DNA of 64,000 nucleotides, from the NCBI RefSeq assembly GCF_030028105.1, contig NC_092400.1, positions 19,468,001-19,532,000 on the forward strand. Direction: 5' to 3'. The notes under the pieces were generated by a model, which searched no databases, was not told the DNA's origin, and worked only from the letters and a program-made list of their open reading frames with translations. This stretch comes from Mobula birostris (Eukaryota). The translations under genes were made by a program, and so were the position numbers. Shown piece after piece: positions 1 to 12,520 of this stretch; position 1 is the first letter of the stretch, and each line of letters opens with the position of its first letter.

Positions 1-3000
1 GAAGAGACTGTACACAGCCAGAGCTGACAGTTAACAGGATATCAGTTTTGAACTTGGATGAGTTTTGGCAGAGGCAGTTCAAGGTAGAATTCCCTGAGTA
101 CAGTCAGGATGAACAACCTGGTTTGTCAAGAGAAGATCACAAGTTCGTGGAGCTGGTTATGAATTTTGCGCAACTGGTGGATGGCCACTGCCAGATTAGT
201 TTACCTTTGAGAAAGAAAGAGGTTAACATGCAAGATAATATGAAAATTGCTGAACAGTATGCTCTAAATCTAAGGAAGGGGTTTGAGAAGAGTTTGTTAT
301 TTCACACTGACTACACAGCTTTCATGAAGGATGTCATCTCCAAAGATTATGCTGAAAGAGTGCCAGTAGAGGATCTGAAACACAGTGAAGGGAACGTCTG
401 GTATATTCGACGTCACATTGACTATCACCCCAGAAAAGGGAAACGTTGTGTTGTGTTTGACTATGGAGCGACTTTTCAGAGAATATCGCACAATGCTTAG
501 CTTTTACAGGGACAAGATCTTACTAGCTCAGTGATCGGAGTCATAACCAGATTCAGAAAAGAACCAATGGTGACCATGGCAGAACTGAATCAATGTTTCA
601 TCAAGTTAAAGTACCAGTGGAAGATGCAGATTCGCTGAGGTTTCTCTGATGGCCCGATAGTGACATCAGCTAAGATATGGTGGACTTCAGAATGGTGGTA
701 CATCTCTTTGGAGCGTCTTTATCACCAAGCTGTGCCGACTTTGCTCTTAGAAAATGCACAGAAAACAATGAAGAACAGCTCAGCTGTGAGACGGTGGATA
801 AGGTTTTGCATTGCTTCTATGTTAATGACTGAGGAAGAAATGGTGTCACTTTGTCTCAACCTATTTGTGCTAAAGGTGGCATTTGTTTTTTCAAAGTGGA
901 TAAGCCACAGGCATAGCGTGCTAGCTGTGATACCAGAAGAGCAAAGACTGAAGGACATGAAGGATTTGAATTTGGATTATGATATAGCTTCATTAGAGAG
1001 AGTATTGGGTGCGCAATGGTACATTCAGTCTGATACTTTCAAGTTTAAGATCACGATCTAAGATAGACCACTCAGTTGAAGGGGGATCCTCTCCACAGTT
1101 AGTTTCATCTATGATCCTTTAGGAATCTTGAGTCCAGTGGTGCTACCTGCTAAGGAGATCCTACAAGACCTGTGTAAGAAAGAGCTTTGCTGAGATGACA
1201 CTATACCAATATCAGTTGCTAATGAGTGGACAAGCTGGCTGGAAGAACTCTGCCAGTTGGAAGACTTCAAGATTGTTAGATGTTTGAAACCACTGAATTT
1301 TGGAGAAGTTACTGCTGCACAGTTACTCCAACCAATAGACGCAAGCGAAGATAGTTAGATGCAAGCGAAAATGGCTATGGAGCAGTGATCTACCTAATGT
1401 TGCACAACACGCACTCACAGGTTCACAGTGATTTTATCATGAGAAATCTAGGGTAGCCCTACTGAAGTCAGTTTCCATCCCTCGTATGGAACTCACCACT
1501 GCTACAATGGCAAACTGATTGGACATATTGTGAAGGAAGAGTTGTACACACAGCTTCAGGACTCAGTGTCTTGGACTGATAGTACTTCTGTGCTGTAGTA
1601 TACCAAGAATGAAACGTTCAGGTTCTGAACCTTTGTTGCAGAGTTTCAGAAATTCCCAAGGTCTCACAAGCATCTCAATGGAGGCATATAAACACCTCAA
1701 GCAACCCAGCAGATGTGGCTTTTAGAAGGTTGAATGTGAAGGCATTCCTGAAGAATGAGATCTCGGTGTCTGGGCGTCAGTATCTTCTTCAGCCTAATAG
1801 GGAATGATCTGTGAATTCCAATTGTTCTGGAGAACTTCTGCTAGATGATCCAGAAGTCAAGAGGAGTGTTACAATGAATCCCACGCAGGATGAAGAGGAG
1901 GTGGACACAGTAACACATATAATCCATTATTTCTCATCTTGAAACTAGTTGAAGAAGACAGTGGTCTGGATTCTTAGATTTAAGAACCCGCTCTTGTTTC
2001 TTAGTCAGAAGAGGAAGCAAGTGAGCATTGCTCTTGCTCAATCTGACTTGGATAAAGAACAACAAGTGTATTCTTTGGAGAGAAAGAGATTGAGAAGGCC
2101 AAAAGTCAGATCAATCAAGATTGTCTCTCACTGGAGGAACTCAGAAAGGCTGAAATGGAGATAATTGGGTTTTGTCAAAGAAAGAGATCTCCAAATGAAT
2201 TCTCAAGTTTGCAAAGGGGAGAGAGTGTGAAAAGGAACATCCATATTTTCAAGCGTAATCCAGTACTTGAAGATGGTGTTTTGAGAGTAGGTGGATGACT
2301 TAGTAGGGCAGCTATGCCTGAAGAATCTAAATATCTTGTTATACTGGCAAAGGATTTTCATATCTCAGACATTATTTTGAGCCATGTACATCAAGAGGTG
2401 GGACATGGTGGCTGTAACCACGTTATCCAGGTTATGCCAAAAATAATGGATTCCCGGTGCTTGTTCAGCTATAAGAAGGATCCTATCTATGTGTGTTGTT
2501 TGTTGATGTTTGCTCACAGATCCAGGTTGCCAGCACATGGCAGGTCTACCTCTGGATAGGGCCTTTCCAGATGAACCTCTGCTTAAATGTGTAGGAGTGG
2601 ACTACTTTTGAAGTGACAAGCAGAAGGACTACGGTGAAGAGGTACAGGGTCATAATTGGTTGTCTAGCTATATGAGCAGTTCATATTGAAGTGGCATTTT
2701 CTTCGGGCACAAATTCCTTTGTTTTCACTTTGACGCTTTACAACAAGATGAGGACACGTTTGTGACCTGTGCTCTGATAATATGACAAACTTTGTTGGAG
2801 CTGAGCACGAGTTGCAAGAAGCCATTGAGAAGTGGAATTATTCACAAAGTAGTGATGTCCTTCTTCAACAAGAAATTATGTGGATTTTTAACCCTCCAGC
2901 TGGCTCACATCATGGAGAAACATGGAAAAGATTCAACAGGTCTGTGAAAAAGGTCCTCAATTCCACCATGAAGGTACAGAATCTTGACGAAGAGCATTTC

Positions 3001-3387
3001 CACATAGTACTTTGTGAAGTAGAAGCCACTATCAATGGTCATCCAATTACGGGTGCCTCCTCCAATATCAATGATTTGGAAGAACTAATACCCAACCATC
3101 TGTTGCTTTGGAAGACCTCACTGTCCTTACCACCAGGAAAGTTCCAAAAGGAAGATATTTATGCTCATTGTAGATGGAAGCAGATCCAATACATGTCAAA
3201 CTTGTTTTGGAAATGGTGGGTCAAGGAGTATTTACCACAGATACAGGAGCATCAGAAATGGTTAGGTATTTAATGCAATATCTTCCCAGGAGACATTGTA
3301 CTTATAGTTGATGTCACAACACCTTGATACTTACGGATCACGGGAAGAGTCATTTAAGTATTCAAGTCAAGTCAAGTCACTTTTTAT

Positions 3388-3686
3388 GCAACACACATAA
3401 AAATTGCTGGTGAACGCAACAGGCCAGGCAGCATCTACAGGAAGAGGTACAGTCAACGTTTCGGGCCGAGACCCTTCATCTAGTCCTGACGAAGGGTCTC
3501 CGCCTGAAACGTCGACTGTACCTCTTCCTATAGATGCTGCCTAGCCTGCTGCATTCACCAGCAATTTTTATGTGTGTTGCTTGAATTACCTCTTCCTATA
3601 GATGCTGCCTGGCCTGCTGCACTCACCAGCAATTTTTATGTGTGTTGCCTGAATTTCCAGCATCTGCAGATTTCGTCGTGTTTGCG
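3388..3686. mobile_element. Penelope-like terminal fragment, fold-back, 14-bp TSD
   Basis: TSD aagtcactttttat at 3374-3387 and 3687-3700; 3388-3480 is the inverse of about 3487-3580. Confidence 0.8.
3481..3518 (+). ncRNA. Minimal type I hammerhead ribozyme motif
   Basis: TAGTC-CTGACGA-A-GGGTCTCCGCCT-GAAAC-GTC-GACTG. Confidence 0.7.
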
Positions 3687-4167
3687 AAGTCACTTTTTAT
3701 TGTCATTTCGACCATAAACTGCTGGTACAGTACACAGTAAAAATGAAACAATGTTCCTCCAGGACCATGGATTTCCAGACAGAAGAGGATTTATGCGACA
3801 GGCGCATGTCAAGACCAAGACGAGTTGTAGACAGGCCTATAACCAAGATCTGTCTACTACGGGAGGCGGAGGTTTGAGTAGCTTCAGCTCCAGAAGCTTC
3901 CTGAATTTGACTTGACAGAGAGTGGTGGTAAAGATTGCTCAGTACTGGGCTAAGTGCTGGCAGTCTCTGGCCTAGATGACTGTTACACATGACTTGACCA
4001 GAAGAAGAAAAAAAAGGACATTTGTATAAATGTTAAGATGTTTGTCGTTGAAGATTTCATGCATCCTATTTTAGTAATTTAGTATTTTCGTATTTATAGT
4101 GTAATAATGAAGGGACTGGAATATAGGAGCCATGTATCTATTTTCTTTCTGTCTGCATTGTACTTTG

Positions 4168-4563
4168 AATCAGATTTAAATCACTAGCATACAGTAAGTT
4201 GTTAACTTTGTAGCAGCAGTACGTACAATGTAATACATAATATAGAAAAAAATGAATTACAGTAACTATACATGTATATTAAACATACATATTAAAATAA
4301 GTAGTGCAAAAACACAGAAATAAAAAAAATAGTGAGGTACAACGCAGTGAGGTTTAATGTGCATTTAGAAATTGGATGGCAGAGGGGAACAAGCTGTTCC
4401 TGAATCGGCGTGTGTGTGCCTTCAGGCTTCTGTACCTCCTCCCTGATGGTAACAACGAGAAGAGGGCATGACCCCCACCACCCCAGACGATGATGCAGCC
4501 AGTCAGGATGCTCTCCACGCTACATCTGTATAAGTTTTTGAGTGTTTTTTGGTAACAAACCAA
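4168..4563 (-). mobile_element. Rex1/Babar LINE 3' fragment
   Basis: ORF 4354..4563: YRCSVESILTGCI...LLPSGRRYRSLKAHTRRFRNS. Confidence 0.75.
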
Positions 4564-7063
4564 CTTGTGGCTCGTTTATTATGATAATCCATAACGTGGG
4601 TCGGTGCGTGGTAGAAGCAAATTAGCATAGATACATATTCTCGCTTTGTTTTCGTTGTTTAATTTAGTCTGGTGGAGAGAGGCTGAAGCAAGGGAATGGT
4701 ATTTTTTGTTGACCACTTAAATACGCAGAGAACGCTAATTCTGATAACACTTAAATATGCCAACTTCGTTAATTGAATATTAATTTAATCCGACCGCCAA
4801 TTACGCTCTTTGATCGCCAGTTGGAACACTTAATAATCGCTAATTTGAACCCTAAAATCACTACATCATTAATTTAGTTTCGTTAGTTTTTTTTAACGCT
4901 ATAGAGTTGCTGGTTTTATCATAAAGGATTCAACATACCTTTGTTGATTTGGAACTTAGTTATTCGGAAGCGCATCAGACAGTGTAGATTACCTCAGTCT
5001 CTCATCGGTTTTAGTTTGTTTTCGAATAACCGCTTCACTCTCCTTCAAGTCAAATTTTTTTTTAAAAACCTATGCTTTAAAAACATTACGAACTATCTCC
5101 CCTTTGCAATATCGCAAGGAAATAGAAGTAATTCACCTGGCCCCTCAATCCTACCCTGCCACTTAATATGTTCAATGCTTGTTTACAGTACTGTTCACAA
5201 CTCTTGTTCTGTATTCGTTCCCCAGAAGTGTCAATTCCCCAATCTTTTGAAAATGTATCTATTTGCACTTTAAATACTTCTAATGATCTTGGTTTCACCA
5301 CCCCTTGGGACAGAGAACTTCTGATATTCACCACCCTCAGCAAAATGTCGACACTCCCCCATATTCAGTGGCAATACCCGGTGGTTTACCTCTAATAAAT
5401 CCTTGACATGTTTATCTTAATCAGACTTTTTCGTGAATCCCTCTTATCAGTGGTGTACTCCTGCCACAGTACTGGACTGTTCTGAGATTGCAGTATATTT
5501 TTCTCCATATACTTCTGAGTCCATAGAGTGCCTTTGAACAGGTAGATGCACCATAGTCTTCTGAAGCCTCTTTATTGTTATCCAGCTGAATGGGACTTCA
5601 CACGTATCTGGTCTCACCCTTGCCTGGTTCTAATCCGAGATACAAAATGGCTTCCTTTCCCGTGGCTGTAACTTTGTTTCTGATGTCCCCAAGAGTCAAT
5701 CTTTGCCTCATTTCTGTTGCCCATTCTACCTGCTGACACTCAGCAACATTATCTGAAAAGACAACTTTACACAGTTACACCAGTGCCGTCCAGGTTTACC
5801 ACCTTATCTGTTCTCTATGCTGTTAGATGATATTGTCCACATCCAATACAGTATAAACAGGGGTTTCCTCCAATACAAAGCCAAAGTCAACGGTCCCTGT
5901 CACAGATTCCATTCCATCTAAAATGAAAACAAACTGCCACATTTTTGTCATTTGAACTTTAAATTTGTACCATTTCTAACAGCAACTTTTGACATCTCAC
6001 CTTATCTTTACTCATCTGCTGCTAGAACCTTCATTAATGTCCCAACTGCATCTGTTTAGTCCCTTCTCCATAATCTTAAAGTTTATGCAAGCCCTTCTGC
6101 TCACACTTCCCATTTAAAGATAAAGATTGTAACAATTAGCTTTATGTACATTGAAACACACAATGGAATGTGTTGTTATATATTATTATTATTATCTGTT
6201 TATTTCTGTTAACTCATTATCTCCATATTTGCTGAGCAATGTTTTGAAAATTCCTATATTTTTTCAAATTCTTCCATTTGCTCACCTCAGTTTAGCTTGT
6301 CCCCTTTCATCTAGGCAAGTATTGTCAAGGTCTTAAGCTATGCATTTCTCTGTCACTTTTTCACTCCTTGGGGGGAAAAAAACTCACTAAAACCAAACTC
6401 TTTGACCAGTCATTTCATCAAATATCTTAATATAATCTTCTGAAACTCGTTGCTTTTCTTGTTTGAAACTCTTCTATATAAATGTATGAGAAAACTTTTG
6501 CCACGTTAAATGTGTTTTATAATTGGAGTTGTTGTTTATAGATCTTTCTTCATGCATTTATAATCTAGGCTTGTAATGAATATAAGAAACAGAATCATTT
6601 TCCTTTTTTTTAAAAAAAGAATTTGTTTATGGATTATGTTTAAATACAACATATTGATTCATGGATACCACTAATGAGTTATCAAGTATCCACAGCAGAA
6701 ATTTACCCGGCTAAAACACATCTATGTATTTTGCCGAGATATTACAATTAACGTACTATGTTATTATGAACATATTTTTCCCTTTGGCAGTGGGAGACCT
6801 AAAGACTTCTTAAAACTGATGCTATACCACCTGTTAAGAGACCATCGACTCGATGATAGTAAAATTAATTAAGAATGATAAAGTGTAACATGATTCTCTT
6901 GCCCACAAAAAAAGCTCAGCATTAAATAAGAAGGCAATTCTGTAAACCTGATTGTCAAAAACTCTTAATCTACTCGTCCAAATAATGCACTATTTGGAAT
7001 GTTTTTTTACCGTAAAACAAAATGAAATATGAAGTTAAATATTCGAAACCCTACATATTGTGA

Positions 7064-7206
7064 ACTCAAACAACAGGAATTCTGCAGATGCTGGAAATTC
7101 AAGCAACACACATCAAAGTTGCTGGTGAACGCAGCAGGCCAGGCAGCATCTCTAGGAAGAGGTGCAGTCGACGTTTCAGGCCGAGACCCTTCGTCAGGAC
7201 TAACTC
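7064..7206 (-). mobile_element. Penelope-like terminal fragment
   Basis: Same sequence as the terminus downstream of the GIY-YIG ORF at 21640-21779. Confidence 0.8.
7165..7202 (-). ncRNA. Minimal type I hammerhead ribozyme motif (intact)
   Basis: Minus strand: TAGTC-CTGACGA-A-GGGTCTCGGCCT-GAAAC-GTC-GACTG. Confidence 0.75.
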
Positions 7207-7408
7207 GGTATTTTTTCAGATTACCTTCCCAGGATAAAACATTGTGACAAATCGATGAAGCCCATCCGACACTTTTAATTTTTAAAAAATTTCCTTTTAA
7301 AATGAAACCAACATTGATTTCACAATGTTTTATGTTTATCTCTTATTCTTACTTACAAATTGTAAAGACACTAACAATGGTAAAGCACCGGCTACGGGGC
7401 CTATTTCC

Positions 7409-7422
7409 GTTGCCGTAGCAAC
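7409..7422. promoter_or_regulatory. RFX X-box (GTTGCCGTAGCAAC)
   Basis: Near-palindromic match to the X-box consensus GTNRCC-N0-3-RGYAAC, about 270 nt upstream of the MORN3 ATG in a CpG-enriched region. Confidence 0.75.
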
Positions 7423-7599
7423 GAAGCGCACATTATAGTCCCACGGGAGCGTCAGTAACAACTGGGATTGTTGTCAAATATCCTGCTATTTTGATCCTTC
7501 AGGTTATGTCGTTGCTGAAATGAATTGTTGGTACTGTTCGCTAGGTCTTTCAAATCCCATTTCCGAGGAAGCATTATTGAAAGTTATTTAGCCAAGCTT

Positions 7600-7612
7600 G
7601 TCGCTTGGCAAC
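7600..7612. promoter_or_regulatory. Second X-box-like site (GTCGCTTGGCAAC)
   Basis: Perfect GGCAAC half-site and near-consensus left half, 77 nt before the ATG. Confidence 0.5.
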
Positions 7613-7688
7613 ATACTAATCGTTTCGTACATACTTCCTCGGGAGTGTGCAGACTGTATTCTTACCGAAAGCCCCATCAACACACAAA

Positions 7689-7833
7689 ATGCCGTTTCTG
7701 AGACCTCGAAAGCCAAAAGAAAGCCTCTGGAAAGAATGGGATCGAAACGCGCAGAAAAACGGATTGAGAAGCACTGTTTACACGGTGAACGGGGATGAAT
7801 ACACGGGAGAGTGGCGGGACAATAAGAAGCATG
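7689..7833 (+). CDS. MORN3: MORN repeat-containing protein 3, coding exon 1 (MPFLRPRK...YTGEWRDNKKH-G)
   Basis: ATG at 7689; MORN motif YTGEWRDNKKHG; donor G|GTATGA at 7834; 145 nt, and the phase matches the next exon. Confidence 0.93.
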
Positions 7834-9002
7834 GTATGAGTTATAATCATCCTATGCATTTGCTTATAAGCATGGTGTTAAAAGTAGAATGAAAATAATT
7901 TGCAGCGAGTCCGTGCAATGTTATCTTCCACTTCTTTGTTATCATTTCTTGGGACTTGGGCGATACTGGAAAGGACATGAACACACACAAAATGCAGGAG
8001 GAATTCAGTGGGTCAAGAGGAAAACCCGATGAAAGGCCTCGGCCGAAATGCTGTCCGACCCGCTGAGTTCTTCCGGCGCTCTGCACACATTGACCCAGAT
8101 TTCCAGCATTTGCAGATAGCCTTGTGTCATTAGAAAGGATATTGTACCCATAAAAAAATGAGTGAACTGCCAGGCTGTTTCAGAGGGCAGTTTACGACAC
8201 CGGTGTGGCTCTGGGATCAGATACTGGTCTGGAAAGGAAAGCAGATACTTTTTTGTTTTCAGATGTGGTGAGCCTATAGCCTCCAGTGCACTCAGCTGCT
8301 TTTGATATTAAGTGGACTGAAGCATATTGGGTTAAAATTGGCTCATGCTGTTAGACTCTAAAGTGGATGGATCATCGCTAATGATTTAAGATTCATCTTC
8401 AACGATCGTGTGCTGGGTCCTGCAACTTCAATGGACGAGGATGTATTTGGATTGCCTTATTAGATGTTTAATTGTTCCCTACCATTCACAAATAGAAGTG
8501 TTGGAACTACACTATAGAACTTTGACTCGATCCGAAGGCTGTAAGACTGGGTTAGTTCTGTCTAGTCACACTGTTTGGCACGGAGGTAGTTCCGTGTTGC
8601 GATTTCACAAGGTTGGCACCTCTTTTTTAAGCATATGGTGTGCTGCATTAGACACGTTCTTCGGTATTCCTCACTGAACTAGGGTTGAGCCATGACAGGA
8701 TTATATTAGTAGCGTTCAAAGTTCAAAGTAAATGTATTATCAAAGTACTTGCAAGTCTCCATGTACCAACCCTTCGTTTGATTAGTTTTCTTGCGGACAT
8801 ACACAGTAAATCCAAGAAACACGACAGAATCACTGAGAGACCGTGCCCAGCAGGTCGGATAAACAACCGATGTTCAAATGACAACAGATTCGAAAGAGAT
8901 TAATAATAGACATCAAGAACACGAGATGAAGAGTCCTTGAAAGTGAGTCCATAGTGATGTCCAGTGATGGATTGAGTGAAGTTATCCTTTCTGGTTCAAG
9001 AG

Positions 9003-9370
9003 ATTGGATTGGGATTGGACAGGCTAGATGCAGGAAGATTGTTCCCGATGTTGGGGAAGTCCAGAACGAGGGGCCACAGTTTGAGGATAAAGGGGAAGCC
9101 TTTTAGGACCGAGATGAGGAAAAACTTCTTCACACAGAGAGTGGTGAATCTGTGGAATTCTCTGCTACAGGAAACAGTTGAGGCCAGTTCATTGGCTATA
9201 TTTAAGAGGGAGTTAGATATGACCCTTGTGGCTAAAGGGATCAGGGCATATGGAGGGAAGGCTGGTACAGGGTTCTGAGTTGGATGATCAGCCATGATCA
9301 TACTGAATGGCGATGCAGGCTCGAAGGGCCGAATGGCCTACTCCTGCACCTATTTTCTATGTTTCTATGT
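9003..9370 (+). mobile_element. Young CR1 LINE 3' end nested in a Rex-like remnant (about 8715-9720)
   Basis: SRTRGHSLRIKGKPFRTEMRKNFFTQRVV; (TTCTATGT)n tail; aagag on both sides. Confidence 0.85.
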
Positions 9371-10152
9371 AAGAGCCTGATGGTTGCGGGGTAATATCTG
9401 TTCCTGAACCTGGTGGTGCGGGTCCTAAGGCTCCTGTACCTCCTTCCTGAAGGTGGCAGCAGTGAGATGAGAGCGTGTCCTCCCCGATGATGGATGTTGC
9501 TTTCTTGTGACCACGTTGCTCAGTGATGGAGAGGGCTTTACCTGTGAAGGGCTGGGCCATGTCCACTATTTTTCTTTTGTAGGATTTTCCTCCTCCTCGT
9601 CGTCATCTGAGATTATACCAACAACAGTGGTGTGATTGGCAAATTCACAGATGATGTTTGAACTTTTTGTTTCGCTACACTGTCATGAATGTGGAGAGAG
9701 CAGAGCAGAGGGGTAAGCCTAGCTAATGATGATCATTTTATCATCAGAACCAACCTGGTGTCCATGGCTAATTGCTAAGGGTCTATGGCATAAAAAAGCT
9801 CGGGAACTCCTACTTTAGAGGTTGGCCCTCTGGCCAGTAAATATATATGTTAATTTGTTAATTTTTTTGGGCGGGGGAATTATCAACCAAGTAAATAACG
9901 TTTTTTTTGCTGTTTCTATCTTTCGATCACTTTAACCACTTCTGCATTTTCAAATGATTACGTATTTAATACTATCATTTTAAATTTAGAGTTAAGAGTC
10001 AATGGGTCACCTGATAATGCCTCAGTGGAGAATTGTGGTGAATGCTCAAATGCTGAATATTTTAAAAGAATCATATTAAAGCTATAAAAGAAGATAGCAT
10101 TAATTCCCAAATTTTAAATCATTTCCCATTATTTATATTTTAATGCAAACAG

Positions 10153-10310
10153 GAAAGGGAACACAAAAGTGGAAATCTAATGGCGCCATTTACGATGGTG
10201 ACTGGCAGAATGGAAAAAGAAGTGGCTTTGGAACCTACAGCTTACCTGATCCAGTCAGTGGAGAATATAAAAAAGTATATTCAGGCGAATGGAAGAATGA
10301 CAAAAGACAT
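10153..10310 (+). CDS. MORN3: MORN3 coding exon 2 (KGTQKW...YSGEWKNDKRH)
   Basis: Acceptor acAG at 10151-10152, donor GTGAGC at 10311; motifs YDGDWQNGKRSG and YSGEWKNDKRH; 158 nt (cumulative 303). Confidence 0.95.
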
Positions 10311-10356
10311 GTGAGCAGTGTTTTCAGATTTAAGCTATAGTTATTTGTTCAAAATA

Positions 10357-11604
10357 CAAACCCCATTTCCTGAAAAGTTGGGATATTTCCCAAAATGCAA
10401 TAAAAACAAAAATCTGTGATATGTTAATTCACGTGAACCTTTATTTAACTGACAAAAGTACAAAGAAAAGATTTTCAATAGTTTTACTGACCAACTTAAT
10501 TGTATTTTGTAAATATACACAAATTTAGAATTTGATGGCTGCAACACACTCAACAAAAGTTGGGACAGAGTTAAAATAAGATTGAAAAGTGCACAGAAAA
10601 GTCATGCTACTGTGACAATTATAGCCACCTGGGCTTGGGAGTACTTTGGAAAACCATTGTCACTCAACACAATCCGTCACTGCATCCAGAAATGCAACTT
10701 GAAACTGTATTACGCAAGGAGGAAGCCATACATCAATTCTAAGCGAAATGCCGGCAAGTTCTCTGAGCCCGAGCTCATCTGAGATGGACCGAAAGACTGT
10801 GGAACTGTGTGGTGTGGTCAGATGAGTCTACATTTCAGCTAGTTTTCGGAAAAAACGGGCGTCGAATTCTCCGTGCCAAAGATGAAAACGACCATCCAGA
10901 TTGCTATCAGCGAAAGGACCAAAAGCCAGCATCTGTGATGGTATGGGGGTGCATCAGTGCCCACGGCATGGGTGAGTTGCAGGTATATGAAGGTACCATT
11001 GACTCAGAGGCATATATTAGGATTTTAGAGAGACATATGTTGCCATCAGGGTGACGTCTCTTCCCGGGACGTCCATGCTTATTTCAGCAGGACAATGCCA
11101 GGCCACATTCTGCACGGGCTACAACAGCATGGCTTTGTAGACACAGAGTGCGTGTGCTTGACTGGCCTGCTGCCAGTCCAGATCTATCTCCTATTGAAAA
11201 TGTATGGCGCATCATGAAGAGGAGAATCAGACAACGGAGACCACGGACTGTTGAGCAGCTGAAGTCTTATATCAAGCAAGAATGGACACAGCTTCCAATT
11301 GCAAATCTACTACAATTAGTATCCTCAGTTCCAAAATGATTAAAAAGTGTTATTAAAAGGAAAGGTGGTGTAACACAATGGTAAACATGCCTCTGTCCCA
11401 ACTTTTGTTGAGTGTGTTGCAGCCATCAAATTCTAAATTTGTGTATGTTTACAAAATATAATTAAGTTGGTCAGTAAAACTATTGAAAATCTTTTCTTTG
11501 TACTTTTGTCAGTTAAATAAAGGTTCACGTTAATTAACATATCACAGATTTTTGTTTTTATTGCATTTTGGAAAATATCCCAACTTTTCTGGAAATGGGG
11601 TTTG
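10357..11604 (+). mobile_element. Tc1/mariner DNA transposon (IR/DR type, DD34E), internally deleted
   Basis: TA at 10355-10356 and 11605-11606; 214-bp TIRs (10357-10570 and 11391-11604); transposase fragments WSDES, VMVWGC, FQQDNA, WPAASPDLSPIEN; frameshift near 10745 and stop at 11052. Confidence 0.95.
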
Positions 11605-11619
11605 TAGCATCATATCTGA

Positions 11620-12520
11620 TAAGGAAAAGGAAAGTTGAATGTAGAGTAATCAAAGCAAGAAATTTAAAAACAGCCAGTAAAAGCTTCTATAGATAAGTAA
11701 AAATATCAGCAAAAGATAAAATAGGACCATTTCACAGTGAGATAGTCAGGAAAAATTATATTGGGAAATAAGGAAATGATAGAGAAATCAAACAAGCATT
11801 TTGCTGCTATCCCAGCAGGAGAATATACAGAAAACCTCTCAAATAGGAGTAGAGAAAATAAGGAGCTGAAAGAAATTAGCTTTGTATTAGTAGGACCGGA
11901 AACCAATAAATCCTATAATTGTGTGCAGGATTCCCTAAAGGTCAACTTGCAAATTGAGTTCGTGGTAAGGAAGGCAAATGCATTAATTTAGACAGGTCTA
12001 GAATATAGGAGCAAGGGCTGATGCTGAGGCTTTATAAGGCATTGGTCAGACCACACAAAGTATTATGAGCAGTTTTGGGCCCTTATCTAAGAAAAGATGT
12101 GGTGGCATTGGAGAGAGTCCAGAGGTGGTTCACGAGAATGATTCCAGGAACGAAAGGGTTAAAGTATGAAGACTGTTTAATGGGGCCTGGGCTGTTTCCT
12201 ATGGTGGTTGAGTCTAGGACCAGAGAGCACAGCCTCAGAACAGAAGGACAGCCATTTAGAGATGAGGAGAAATTCCTTTAGGCAGGGTTGGTGAATCTGT
12301 GGAATTCATTCATTGACAGCTGTGGAGGCCAAGTCATTGAGTATATTTAAAATGGAGTTTGATAAGTTCTTGGTTAGTCAGGGTGTCACTGGTTATGGGA
12401 AAAGACAGGAGACTGGAGTTACGGGGGCGGGGGATGATAAATCAGCCATGATGGAATGGCAGAGCAGACTCAATGGGCCGAGTGGCCTGATTCTGCTGCT
12501 ATGCCTTATGGTCTTATCTG
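11620..12520 (+). mobile_element. Degenerate CR1 LINE fragments
   Basis: LERVQRWFTRMIPG, SRTREHSLR and a CR1-type 3' end. Confidence 0.75.

Larger units (their letters stand above)
3362..3768 (-). mobile_element. Short LINE 3' end (Rex1/Babar-like tail) inserted in the BEL element
   Basis: (TCAAG)n tail at 3362-3378 next to the reverse complement of AATAAA; BEL sequence resumes at about 3769. Confidence 0.6.
1..3870 (+). mobile_element. Degenerate BEL/Pao LTR retrotransposon pol (RT, RNase H, integrase), interrupted at 3362-3768
   Basis: Fragmented ORFs with BEL-type motifs (YHPRKGK..VVFD, ERVLG..W, TNFVGAE, NPPAGSHHGETW, PNHLLL, FWKWWVKEYLP, and RPITKICLL after the insertion); many stops and frameshifts. 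Confidence 0.88.

Noticed and set aside
7647-7688. Longer MORN3 N-terminus suggested by the ORF track
   Set aside because: It starts at a GTG; the first ATG (7689, context AAAATGC) gives the MORN3-like start
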